Origin: Yuukianura sp. NJ FZ-2021
Taxonomy: Eukaryota
NCBI GenBank assembly: GCA_046563655.1
Contig: CM102287.1
Span: forward strand, 6,262,001-6,326,000
Length of the DNA stretch: 64,000 nucleotides
Reading direction: 5' to 3'
The first letter of the stretch is position 1. Each line of letters opens with the position of its first letter. A program made the translations under genes and the position numbers. Of this stretch, positions 13,260 through 25,225 are shown piece by piece. The notes beneath the pieces are model-generated. The model had not been told where the DNA came from. It saw nothing but the letters and a program-made list of their open reading frames with translations, and did not search any database.

Positions 13260-14205
13260 GGGGAGGATGGGGGCAGGTGAATCACTTTTTGTTTAAAAAT
13301 CGATAAAAAATTACCAGTAATTTTTTAAATTTTTCTGTAAACGGGATTTCATTAACTATGCATTCGGTAAGGTATTTATAATTATTTTACATTTTTAAAC
13401 ATTTCGATATTCTTTTAAAAAACGTTTTTGTAAAAACTGGGAAGTGATTCACCTGACCCCACTCTATGGGGGCAGGTGAATCAGGTCATGTGGTCAGCTG
13501 AATCACTGGCTTCAATTAATCAAATGTGAAGAAAACTTCAAATTTTCTGTTAAACAATGCTAGGGCAAACTGTTCTGAATTGCTTCAAAATGGTTGCCGG
13601 TTTACATTAATTAAATTGCCAGTAGAATTAATTTTTTTGCAATTCACAGCTTTTTGGTACGTTCTTGGATGGATTTCGACAAAAAAAAATTGAAAAAATC
13701 GTTTTATGACGTAAAAACGATTAAAAACTACAAAACACGCCAGTTAAATTGATCTTCCACCATAGTCTAAAAAATGTATTTTTTTAAGCTATAATGTACT
13801 ATCCAATAGCGTGTGATTCACCTGACCCCACCTCCACTTTTTTCATTAAACACAGTTCGGCTAGTCATGCATCACTGAAAAAATCAGCTGTTATGATCTA
13901 CTCGTGCAGAATCGATTCAGGAACCTATTTCTATAATCAAAATACCAGAAATTCACTAGGTTTAGGTGTGCTGTGTGATTTAGTGCTAACATGAAGATTT
14001 TAGTATTGCCTTTTTTCGACCAATTTTTCTTTAAAAAATCTGGGCGATTACCAGGCAAATTAATTTCGCTACTGACACTTGTGTTATAAAGAAATATGCA
14101 TGATGTGTATAATTGTGAATTTTTCCGATTTTTAAACTGCATTTAAACCAAAATTATTTAGGGTGATTCGCCTGACCCCATGATTCACTTGCCCCCATCC
14201 TCCCC
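13260..14205. mobile_element. MITE with TA flanks (Tc1/mariner/pogo-type)
   Basis: TIR ggggaggatgggggcaggtgaatca / tgattcacttgcccccatcctcccc, TA on both sides, internal copies of gtgattcacctgacccc; no transposase ORF. Confidence 0.88.
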
Positions 14206-14268
14206 TACTTGTGTTGGGTAAGCATGTCAGTATGTCAAGAAAGCGGTAATATTTTTAGTGAACGCCAA

Positions 14269-15979
14269 TCAGCGAACGCTGTTGTTTATTGCGATGCTTT
14301 CAACAAGATCTGCAGCCGCTGATTGACTTTTGGTAGATTGAATTCTTTTGGAAATTGATTTCATTCTTCGTTCCAGCAGTTCGTCGCCCAATAGCTGCTC
14401 AATGCTGCTCAGCAGTTCTTCCTCACTAGCCTCATAGGGATGTAGTCGCAAGCCAAGTCCAGTTTCATGTATACGCTGGGCATTATCTAAAGTTCAAAAA
14501 AAAACTGCGTCTTTTTTGTAATTCTAAAAGTCCTCCAGCTAAACAATAATTGCGATTTAGCTCATTAGAAAAACTCGCCTAGTTGATCCCACAGATGCCC
14601 TAGAACTAGCATCCGTTTGCCAAAGTAGAATGATTCTGTCACAGTGTTGTTCCCCCCGTGGGTAATCACAAGGTCAACCAATGGCAGCACTCTCGTCTGG
14701 GGAACGCTATTTTCACCCCACATATTGTCAGCCAGTTCCAGCTCGTCTCCTCGGGGTCCTACAAATATTCAAAATTATTATAATAAAAGTAAAAACTTAA
14801 CTTTTAAGAAATGCACCTTTTGACACGATGAATCTGTTTGGTGATTTGGCAAGTATTTTGATGAGTCGCTTCATGAGGTCAATGTCTGCTGATCCAATTG
14901 TACCCATGGAAAAATACACAAGTTTCCCGTGACCTGTCTTCAGCTTTTCCGGGACTTCGAACTTTTCTTCAGTTTCTCTTACGAAAGCGTCGAAGCGATG
15001 CCAGTTTGGTGGGTTCGGCCGTTCTGAAGTGTAGTCCAATTCCATAGGATACATGTAGATGTTTGCATATTCGCTGTGCTTTAACCAGTATGGATAAGTA
15101 TACTCCAGTTCGGGTCCGCCGTTCTCGCTAACCCACGTCTTAAACTTTTGAAAAATGTCACGAAACACTCTTTTCCCCTTGTCTCGGTACTTCTTAAATT
15201 CTTCTTTGTCTCCGTCAACAGGATATCCAGAGAAGGCTGGAGCAACATTGTCGTCACACATCATAAGCGGGTTGCAAGAGCAGCTGAGTACCCACGGCAC
15301 ACCTGAAAAAAAAGTTTTCTAAATAAGTTAACGTAATAAAACAACTCTTGTTGGTATTAACCCTGATTCATAAATGCACGAAACGTAAAGTGTTCACTCG
15401 TGAAAATAAAACAGATCTCGGCGGAAATCTTGAACGTTGAACCGTTTCCGAAATAATTGGCGCCAACGGACGGCCAGACGGACAGACAATGTCGATGGAT
15501 ACAGTAATACAGTAGCCTTCGCTACTTCATTAATAGATGAGAGATTTTTGCTGACTTTTACCTTGATTCATTAATGCTGGAATTTGAACATCAAAATCTA
15601 CAATGACGACATCAGGTTTGACTCTGTTCATGATTTCTAGAAACGCCGTATTTTGTAACTGCAAGGATTCAAACATTTCTTCGTACATTTCCAAATGCAA
15701 CCTTTCGTGTCTTTCTATTGGTGGAAGTCGTGCTGCATGTGCTAACTTTCCAAACATTTGGGCAAACGTATCAGTATCTCCCGGTTCCTTTGTCTTTTCC
15801 GATCCTTGATACAATTCCTCAATGAACCCATGAACTTCTAGCTTTCCTTTCCAACTCATTGGAGTAGCAAAAACAACACGATGACCTCTGCTAAGCAACT
15901 GTTGTGCAATACCCGTACTAGCATTGATGTGACCCACTGCCTCAATAGCCGCAAACAAAAACGTGAACTTTTGAACCAT
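14269..15979 (-). CDS. UDP-glycosyltransferase copy 3; exons 15979-15562, 15302-14817, 14758-14579, 14484-14269
   Basis: GHINASTGIA, VYFSMGT and THGGNNTVTES motifs; same intron positions as copies 1-2; GC donor at intron 3. Confidence 0.92.
15390..15530 (+). mobile_element. Possible DINE-1/Helentron-like short element in UGT3 intron 1
   Basis: cggacggccagacggacagac microsatellite-like tract followed by a gtagc-cttc-gctac stem-loop; this intron is much longer than in the paralogs. Confidence 0.4.
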
Positions 15980-16232
15980 ATTGTGCGTGAAATTAAAAAA
16001 TTTGAAGCGTAAGGAATTTGCTTAATTTTTGACAGACTTTGGGTTCTACACTTTCGTAGACTTGCTTTTTGACACTGAAGTGGTGGACTACAACTGCAGG
16101 AAAATTATACATGGTGTAAATTATGTTTGCAATTCTTTCCATGAAAAGGATATGCGAATTTTTTGCAATAAAAATTCGCAAATCACGATGCAGATTAGTT
16201 CAAGGTTGTCTGAATTCCTACTATTATCTATA

Positions 16233-16936
16233 GTAAATAAGGTGTTCATCAGTTTGGAGTAGCAGAGGGGTGCGCCCGCGTGCAAAAAAGGGGCGCGGGG
16301 GCGGGTGCGGCATAATTAATTTAAATTTGGTAAAAAAAAATGCAAAAGTGAAAAATAAATGAATGTTGATAAAAATCAATACTTTTAATAATATAACTAA
16401 TTAATTTTAATTAGTGTTTAAATAATTAATATGGAAAATTGTTTTTTTTGTGTTTTTTAAGTTTCACGTTATATAAACAATCAGTTAAGTAAAAATTGAT
16501 TAAAACGTGTAATAATATAATATAATTAATGAATTTTAATTAATTAATGAATAATTAACATAAAAAATTGATTTTTTTAGAAACTTGAATGGAAAAATCG
16601 ACTTTTTATATTAATTATTCATTAATTAATTAAAATTCATTAATTATATTATATTATTACACGTTTTAACAAGTTTTATTTAATTACTTGTCTGTATAAC
16701 GTAAAACTAAAAAAAACACAAAAAAACCAATTTTCCATATTAATTATTTAAATACTAATTAAAATTAATTAATTATATTATTAAAAGTATTGATTTTTAT
16801 CAACATTCATTTATTTTTCACTTTTGCAATTTTTTTTACCAAATTTAAATTAATTATGCCGCACCCGCCCCCGCGCCCCTTTTTTGCACGCGGGCGCACC
16901 CCTCTGCTACTCCAAACTGATGAACACCTTATTTAC
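16233..16936. mobile_element. Foldback/MITE-like ~700-bp near-perfect palindrome
   Basis: Arms of ~345 bp are reverse complements (gtaaataaggtgttcatcagtttggagtagcagagggg... / ...cccctctgctactccaaactgatgaacaccttatttac) around a short spacer near 16580-16594. Confidence 0.9.
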
Positions 16937-17306
16937 CACAAATAGTACTGAACAACACTATTAGTTATCAGTTATTAAAACAACCTTGGATTAGCTTACT
17001 TAAGTGCCACGTTCTATAAAATGAGCTAAATAAAAAGATTAATATGTCATCCATCTTGACAATATGAATTTTTATAGTTACTAATTATAATTACCTAAGT
17101 ACTTTTTGTTAGTTTAGATTTGGAATGCGATGAAGTTTTGATTTTACAGCTAAGTTTTGCGAAACCTTACCCTAAAAAGGCCCCAGTTTTTCAAATAATT
17201 TCTCAGCACCAAATCGTACCACCAGATTAGTGAAATACACTTTGCCTGAAATAGCTAAAGAAGTTTGTTAAAGAAATTCATCAAAGACAATTTTTCCCCC
17301 GCTTAC

Positions 17307-18407
17307 CTTGATTCATTAGTGCAGGAATTTGCACCCCCAAATCCAGAACGACGACATCAGGTTTGACTCTGCTCATGATTTCTAGAAATGCGGCGTTTTG
17401 AAACTTCACGGATTCAAACAATTCGTTGTACATTTCCAAAAACAAGTTTTCGTGTCTTTCTATTGTCGGAAGTCTTGCTGCATATGCAAATTTTCCTACA
17501 ATTTGGACCCATGGATTTGTATCTCCTTGCTCCTGCGTCTTTTCGGTTGAGGTAAGGTTTAACGATCGTCATTGTAGCCGCACAGTGTAGCCGCCGGCGG
17601 CCATCTTGAGTGGCTACAATGGGTGGCGACACTTGTGCGGCAACATTTGTAGCCGCTCGTGGAAAATTTTGCCTTGTAGCCACCATGTTGTAGCCGCACA
17701 TGCTAAATAAAACTGGCAACACTGCTTAACAATTTAAGATAACCTAACCTATAGACGCAATCAGTATTGCGAACATTAAACAACGTAACCTACAGACGCA
17801 ATCAGTATTGCGAACTTTAAAAAACCTAACTCCGCGCCTTCGGCGCGGGAAAATATAACAGGATTTTGGATTTCCTGAATCAAAAAGTAAAGGTTGCCAA
17901 TCTAATTATTTTTTTGTTGTTTCATTCAGAGAATTAGCCTTTATTTTCCCGCGCCGAAGGCGCGGCGTTAGGTTAGGTTAGCACTTGACAATAGTAATTA
18001 GATTCGAGGATTTCGTTTACGTTGACTGGCCAAATTCTAAAACATTGTTGCCAGCGTTATTTCGCATATGCGGCTACAGTAGAGTGGCGACAAGGGAAAT
18101 TTTCTCACAGGCGGCTACAAATGTTGCCGCTCTGGCGTAGCCACCCATTGTAGCCACTCAAGATGGCCGCCGGCGGCTACACTGTGCGGCTACAATGACG
18201 ATCGTTAAACCTTACCTCAACCGTCTTTTCCGAAGTCTGATACAATTCTTCAATGAACCCATGAACTTCTAGTTTTCCTTTCCAACTCATTGGAGTCGCA
18301 AAAACAACGCGATGACCTCTGCTAAGCAACTGTTGTGCAATTCCGGTACAGGCATTGATGTGACCCGCTGCTTCAACAGCAGCAAACAAAAACGTAAACT
18401 TTGACAT
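17307..18407 (-). CDS. Orphan UGT first exon (exon 1b), split by a MITE; candidate alternative first exon of UGT copy 3
   Basis: With the insert removed the frame is open: MSKFTFLFAAVEAAGHINAC...SEKTQEQGD...VQIPALMNQG, ending at an intact phase-1 donor G|gtaagc; TATA-like motif ~110 bp upstream; no exon 2-4 of its own. Confidence 0.75.
17545..18222. mobile_element. MITE with long TIRs and 8-bp TSD (Merlin- or Mutator-like)
   Basis: TSD gtcttttc at 17537-17544 and 18223-18230; first ~83 bp of the TIRs are perfect, imperfect out to ~175 bp; GG termini; internal taacctaacct and ccgcgccttcggcgcgg hairpins. Confidence 0.93.
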
Positions 18408-18807
18408 TTCAATTGAAATACAAGGCGTCTATATTTTTAATTTTGCACTATGTTGTGCTTTTTGGATTTTGTGCTATTTTATAAATTTCAGCTCAAAATC
18501 TCTTCCGCTTCCTTTTTATACCGAGTGTGATAATTCCAGCAAGAATGAAAACGAGTGCGGTTTTTGTCTACAGATTCTAAGCACGGTCACGATGCTTTTT
18601 GTCTAGTTCGCACGCACTGGAATGATTAGGCCGAAATTTTGATTAAATAGTTACGTAAAGTCTTTTAACATTTTTGATATTGATGCGATAATTACAATCT
18701 ACAGTTAAGTTAACGATAATAATCTAGGTTAAATTCTAGGGCTGTTAAAAATCTTTTCATAATTCAAAACCAATTTTGAAGTGTGCTAGACTTTCTCCGT
18801 TGTAATC

Positions 18808-21035
18808 ATGAAGCTCTCAATTCCATTGCTTGTTGCTGTCTTCGTCTTTGCAGAAGGAAATACGGATTTTGAAGGGTAAATTGTGAATGTGATTATTACA
18901 AAAAAAATATCAGTTTAGAAAAAAAAGACGAGTAAAGACAGTATGAAGTTTATTCGCTGCTTTCTATATTTCTGAAGGTCACAAGTCCTTAGTATAACAA
19001 TCTCCACGCAGAAGCAACTTGAATTGCTCAAGCAGCTTGGTCAAGATGCTAACCTTGATTTCTGGACCTCTCCAAAATTGCATGGCGTCGCCGACGTTAT
19101 GGTCAGTTCGTCCCAAAAGGAGTACTTGACTGCATTGTTTTCTAGAGCAGGAATCAAGTGGAACGTCAAAATCAACAATGTCAAAAGGTAACCTTGAATT
19201 ACCCATGATAAAATTTATTGCTTAGAAAGTGTGCTAACAAAACGTGGTAACAAAAACACTTGAAAATGTCATTCCTATCTTGATTCTTAACAGCATTGTT
19301 GAACAGCAGAAGAGGATTAATGATAGAGCAATCATGAAATCTGAAGATCAAATGTCATGGACAGCCTACCATCGCTATGATACGGTAATTCCAACTTTTT
19401 AAATTTTGATTATTATTTTCCAATTTCGAATACTGATAAAAATTTGTCAGATAATCGCTTGGCTGGACAGCATTGCGTCAAATGATCTCGTGACATTGAC
19501 CGTGATTGGAAAAACTGTTGAGGGCCGTGATATTCATCAAGTCAAGATCTCGACGGGGCTGGATTCAAACGGACAGGTCAAACCAGTTGTATTCATTGAT
19601 GCTAATTTTCATGCTCGTGAATGGGTCACACACGCTGCTACTACTTGGATCATCAATGAAATAGTTTCAAATTCTGACAACTACGATGACATTCTGTCTC
19701 GGTTTGACCTGGTCATTGTTCCTTTGGCAAATCCTGATGGATACGAATTTACACATGAAACTGATAGACTTTGGAGAAAGAATCGAAGCATCAATCCAAA
19801 CACCACTTGTGTTGGAACTGATCTCAACAGAAATTTTGACTACTACTTTGGTACTTTCAGCGCAAAGAATACTGCAGTCTACTTCAAAAAATTAACGCAA
19901 CTTTATCTTGCTCAATACAGGAGGTGAAAATTCGTCCGACGATCCTTGCAACATTTTTCACAGTAAAAAAATCACCACAAAAATTTTTATTATTCCAATA
20001 CAATTTTTGGGGGCAATTTTTCTTTACTGATGGTTTAAATTTTTATATAGAGGGTCCCGAACCATTTTCAGAATTGGAATCTAGAGCAGTTCGAGACGCC
20101 ATTACGAATCTTCAAACTGAAACTGTTGTACACGCTTACTACACAATACATTCGTACGGTCAGGTGCGATAGCATACTGAATTATTATATTTTCACCTAT
20201 TAAAAGAATATACCAAACGTATCGTATGCAAAAGTGCGTTTATATACATACACGTAAATGTTCAATATTTTACCAATGAATCAATTAATATACTGTATAT
20301 TTGCGTACTCAATGTATTATTCTTGAATTGATTTTTAATCTCAGGTTTTCCTTCTATCATGGGGACACAGCTATGGAGCTTACCCCGAGGACTATTCGGA
20401 ACTTGTAATCATAACATTCATTTTCTCAACCTACGTCAATTACTTACTAAATCTGACCATTTCGTATTTCAATGTTTTAGTTGACATGGGGCATAAATAG
20501 TGTCGCAGCTATTACAGACGTTCATCAAGCTCTTTACACTACAGGACAAGGCGCAGAAATTCTATGTTAGTGAAGAACTGGAGTATTACATTTAAAATGC
20601 ATTATCAAAGAAAGTAGTTTAGTTTTTTAAACCAAATGTTTAACTATTTGAAAGATCCAATGGGAGGATGCAGCTATGATTGGGCGAAGGCGCAAGGCGT
20701 AAAGTACACTACAACTATAGAAGTGAGAGATACAGGGGACTACGGTAAGCTCCTTCAATACCGATTATGGTGACATTGCGAGCGGTTTTTTTAGTCATAT
20801 TTGAGTGTATAACAAAAATCGAGCTATTAACTAACTTTTACTATTTGTGTATTATTTAGGTTTCCTGCTACCAGCAGAACAAATAATTCCTACTGCAGAA
20901 GGTAAATTACAGAAAAATTGCTAATGTTTATCATGTTTGTTGTGAATGTTTTGATTGAAAACGGAGTATTTCTTACTTTACATAGAAATTTGGGCTGGTA
21001 TTCAAGTCATTGCAAGCACCACTCCATCGCGTTAA
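18808..21035 (+). CDS. Zinc carboxypeptidase, M14A (CPA/CPB-like), multi-exon with signal and pro-peptide
   Basis: MKLSIPLLVAVFVFA signal; HAREW, WRKNR, DLNRNF, HSYGQ, IEVRDTG motifs across GT-AG-bounded exons. Confidence 0.92.
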
Positions 21036-22061
21036 CTAGATGCTGCAGTAACTTTTTCTGACCTACGCCAACAACATTCCGACCAAGCAACCAAAAACTG
21101 AAATGTGAATTAAATGTGAATAAATATTTAAAATCTAAACAAATTGAGCCAGAACCTACCTGCATGCGAGGTATCAGCGGCAAATAAATAACAACATTAT
21201 CTGCATTTTTCAATTTTCTGGGTCCTGTCTATTGGTTAAGTAGGTGACATTCGTTATTGACCTGCACACATATCTTTTGGCACCTTGTCTTACACTGACC
21301 TTAACAAACATATCTGCTCTGCATTTTACTCACAATATTAAAGCTTTCAAGGAAAGTTTATTGTACAATATTCTGATGTTATGTTAGTTCACGTTGTTGG
21401 ACAATCAAACAGATTTGATGTGAAAATGGAATAAATTAAAGTAAGAACGGGAGGCTTATTAAAATGCAATACATAAACCATACAACAAAACAAAAAAAAC
21501 ATTGAAAAATGACACTATTTAAGAAGTGCATTTAATTTAGTTGTGATTAAAAAGGCTTATACTACTTTGAGATAGTGAGACAACGGTAAAGGCAAATGGC
21601 ATGGATTTAATCACGATGATTTTAACTTACGCCTTTTGGTAAACATAGTGGAGGATACAAAGGGTGAGACGCCAAGCGGAAAGTTGTAATCTCCATCTCT
21701 GCTTTCACTGCATTCAGGATGTTAAAGTGGATGTTGAATGTAGGATTATAAGAAAATTTCTATGATGGTATGGATTTGAATACTGTGTCTTGTCAAATTT
21801 ATCAAACTTTCCTTTTGTTTTATAATACTCCACAATAAGTACTTTGAAAATTGTATTTAAATAGGTTGAACTTCTAATTTCCATTTAGTTCAACTCTGAC
21901 CATAGCATTTGCAATCCTTTCTTCCAACTTAATCCAACTACAAATACAAAAATTTAAAAAAATAGTTTTGCTTTAGTTTAATACTAAAGTTTAGTGTTTT
22001 TTTGAACTTCTGAAGTTTAAATTCCCATAGTGTTTGGTAACGAGTTCGTAGGTTGGTCAAA

Positions 22062-22562
22062 ATGAGTCAGAAATTATCATTTATTGCGTCTACAGTAGCT
22101 GGAATACTTGCAATTATCACATTCTTACTGCCATCTCTGCATGCAAGATCATTGGAAGTAGTTGAGACGGACAAAGATCAAGTGGAACAGGAAGATTGGA
22201 GTGCAACAAATCATTATGTGATTTCCTATTTCAACTTGAAATTTTAAATGTTGTTTTAAAACCATTTTAATGGAATTTTGAATCTATTTTCGCAGCCTCA
22301 TCCATCCTTCTCATACGCCTATGGAGTCGCCGACGATGTCACTGGTGACATGAAGAAGGCCTATGAGACACGAATGGGTCGTTTTGTAGAAGGAGCGTAT
22401 CAAGTTCTGCAACCAGACGGGATTCTGCGCATTGTGACCTACACAAGCGACCCCATTCGAGGTTTCCAGACAAAAGTTCAAATGCTCAACGGCTATGCAG
22501 TTCATCCCATTTCCGAAGTGCCCGAACCCCAACGTCACCGCCGCCATTTTAATCCTATTTAG
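22062..22562 (+). CDS. Cuticular protein with RR-2 type chitin-binding domain (2 exons, intron ~22218-22294)
   Basis: Signal peptide followed by FSYAYGVAD..TGDMKKAYETRMG..VEGAYQVLQPDG..RIVTYTSD..RGF R&R consensus. Confidence 0.9.
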
Positions 22563-23160
22563 TAACCGTTGAGAATGGAGAAATGTCCCATACGAAACTG
22601 TTAGTTCTTAACTAATAAATTCAAAATTCGATACCAAAATCGACTGCAGAGCAAAACAAATGCCTTTTTCACCAAAACTGCCGTTTCCGCTAGGGAATGA
22701 CTACCTAAAATTGTCAAAGTAAATAAGAAATGAGAATTTATTGCATCCGCTGCATCACATTGTGGAAAGAGTGTTTAAAACGTTGTAAGATGACAATAGA
22801 ATGCAACACATTAAGTAAACTTAATTACAAAGGCTAATTTTGTTTAAAAAAAAAATCTTCATACTGAGATGGTGTGACGAAATCGTTCGCATTGAGTATG
22901 TTCAAAAAGTAACGTGAAACTTTAAATTGCTAAATAAAACCAGCTTGAATTACTATTATTGTCCATCTTCTGGTCGATAATGACTGCATCTTACTCTTAA
23001 TGTTCCTGATTTGTTTCGCACTCTGTTGTCCTGTTGATCTTAAGTTTATTAACCTGCCTTGTCACTCTCATAATTACTTTCTCTAAACTGTAAATGCCCT
23101 TTTCAAAAACCACACGGATCCTCTTTACAGTAAAACCAAGTAGAACTATTGTTGTATTTG

Positions 23161-25225
23161 TCATTGTGTTTTATCCAACAATTCAGGAGATGACCAGTTG
23201 TGATTGACTGCTGGGAACAATGACGGAAGGGGCATTTCAAACAGAAATCCAGGAAGGACTCCTGACTGATTTTGACTTGAACCTAAGAATTGGGCTGTGA
23301 AGATTGACTCCAATATGCCTTGATGAAGCGAATAGTCTCTGACAAATTGCGAATTCCAAGTTAGCAATTGTTCTAAAAATGGATTTGGAGCGGGAATTCT
23401 TAAAGTGTTCAAGGGAAATTCGGAGTGTTGAGGCATTTCAAACGCGTTTCTACTAGGAAAATGCGATAAAGGTTCAGAGGAAGGGACACTACTGGTGAAA
23501 GTCGTAATTTTACTTTCTCCTATGATTTGGTCACTTGACGCCGAATTGCTAGAAACTTCAGGTTTGATTTCTTCTGAAAGTCTGGAAAAGTCGTTGGAAT
23601 CAGCGATAGTGCTGGGAGGAGCGTAATTAACGCAAGTTCGACATTGTCCGGTGACAGAATCGATGGCTGAATTGTGCGCCCAACGTTGACATTTTGTGCA
23701 CTTTGACCTTTTGATTGGAGATATTTCCCCTTGTTCGAGATCTTCTTCATGTGTTTTGAGGTGGGCTCGAAGGTTACAGGACAAGGCAAACTTTTTTCCG
23801 CAAGTTGTACAACTATATGGTTTATCACCTGGAAAGGTCAAAGGTTAACTAATAGGTTTGTTTTTACTGTATTCGCACAGAAAATGAGCAAACAACTATG
23901 ATTCCTACCTGAATGAAGTAAAATGTGATTTCTTAGATTAGTTTGTTTTGAAAATCCGCGTTGGCATATGGAGCACTTAAACGGCCATGTTCCACTATGC
24001 ACGTACTGATGACTCTTCAGGTCACCTGGAGTGGGAAAGGACTTACCGCAGTTAGGAGTAGGACACTTATGAGGCTTTTCCTGGAAACAATAAACAGTTT
24101 GGAGAATATTTAAAAGAATTGAATTGATGGACATTGATTGAAAATCGTATGGGCTAAAAATCACTGTTTTGGGAGTGGCCAACTTTCAAAAACCAGAGTT
24201 CTGTCATTCAACACTTCTGTTACGAAATTTTTTAAAAATGGAAGACGCTTACCTTGTTGTGAGTCATTCGATGGTAGTAGAGGTTAGACGAAGCAGTAAA
24301 TCGCTTTCCACAGGTTTGGCACGCGTGGGGCTTTTCACCAGAGTGGATGCGTCTATGTGTGTTTAGACTCGAGCTTGTACTGAATCCTTTGCAGCATACA
24401 TCACAGACATGCGGCTTTTCACCTGGGGAAAGCAACGCTTTATGCTACATTATAACGTCATTCAGATTTTTCGAATGTAAAACACTCCACATAAAGTATT
24501 GTTTAGTTCACATCGTCATTTCGTCTGTTTAAATTCGTTTCAAATAGAATGAAAAATACAGTTGGTAGATTATCAATCTACTAACCCTAGAAGAATCGTT
24601 GAATAATGAAAGATTAAATGATTAAAATGCTTTACGAAACGCTTCTGTACAATAATTTGTTGTCATCGTCACAGGGGGGTTATATGTGGTCAAGCCAGAG
24701 AAAGTTAAATGCTTAAATTAAATATAATTCCACAACTTTTTTGAAATACCTGTATGAACTCTCAAATGGCGCTTTAAAAGCGATGGTCTGTCGAATCCTT
24801 TAGAACAAACACTGCATGTTAGCAAGGCCCTTTCTTTTCCCCTGGTTCTCAGAATTGGTCGAAAGGACGCTGAACTGAAAACGTTAGTTTGTGCACTTGG
24901 AATTGGAAATTCCGTTTCGGTACTTGGTGATCTCCGTGTTCTCGGACTTTCGATGTCGTTTGAAACAAGTTCACTGGATTTTGTGCGTTTCAGAATATTT
25001 GAGATTGCAAATGATCCGTGATAATTAGTTGGACTTTTCTGACGCAAATGCCTTTCGCAATTTGTTCGGGACGCTTCAATGTCCCTTTGCTGCTGAGGTT
25101 TCGACAGGTCCAGAGGTTCTTGAAAAAAAAATTATTTTTTCATATCCAACATTGTTAAGTCAGCCTGTTTTGGAAAAAATGGAAGTTATACCTTCAAAGT
25201 TTAATTGCTCAACTTCCAAATCCAT
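23161..25225 (-). CDS. Six-finger C2H2 zinc-finger transcriptional repressor
   Basis: Six CxxC..HxxxH fingers with HT/SGEKP linkers over several exons; N-terminal PLDLS and FAISNIL motifs; start codon at 25225 inferred from splice phase. Confidence 0.88.

Noticed and set aside
17414..17722. 102-aa ORF
   Set aside because: Chimeric read from the MITE into the wrong frame of the UGT exon
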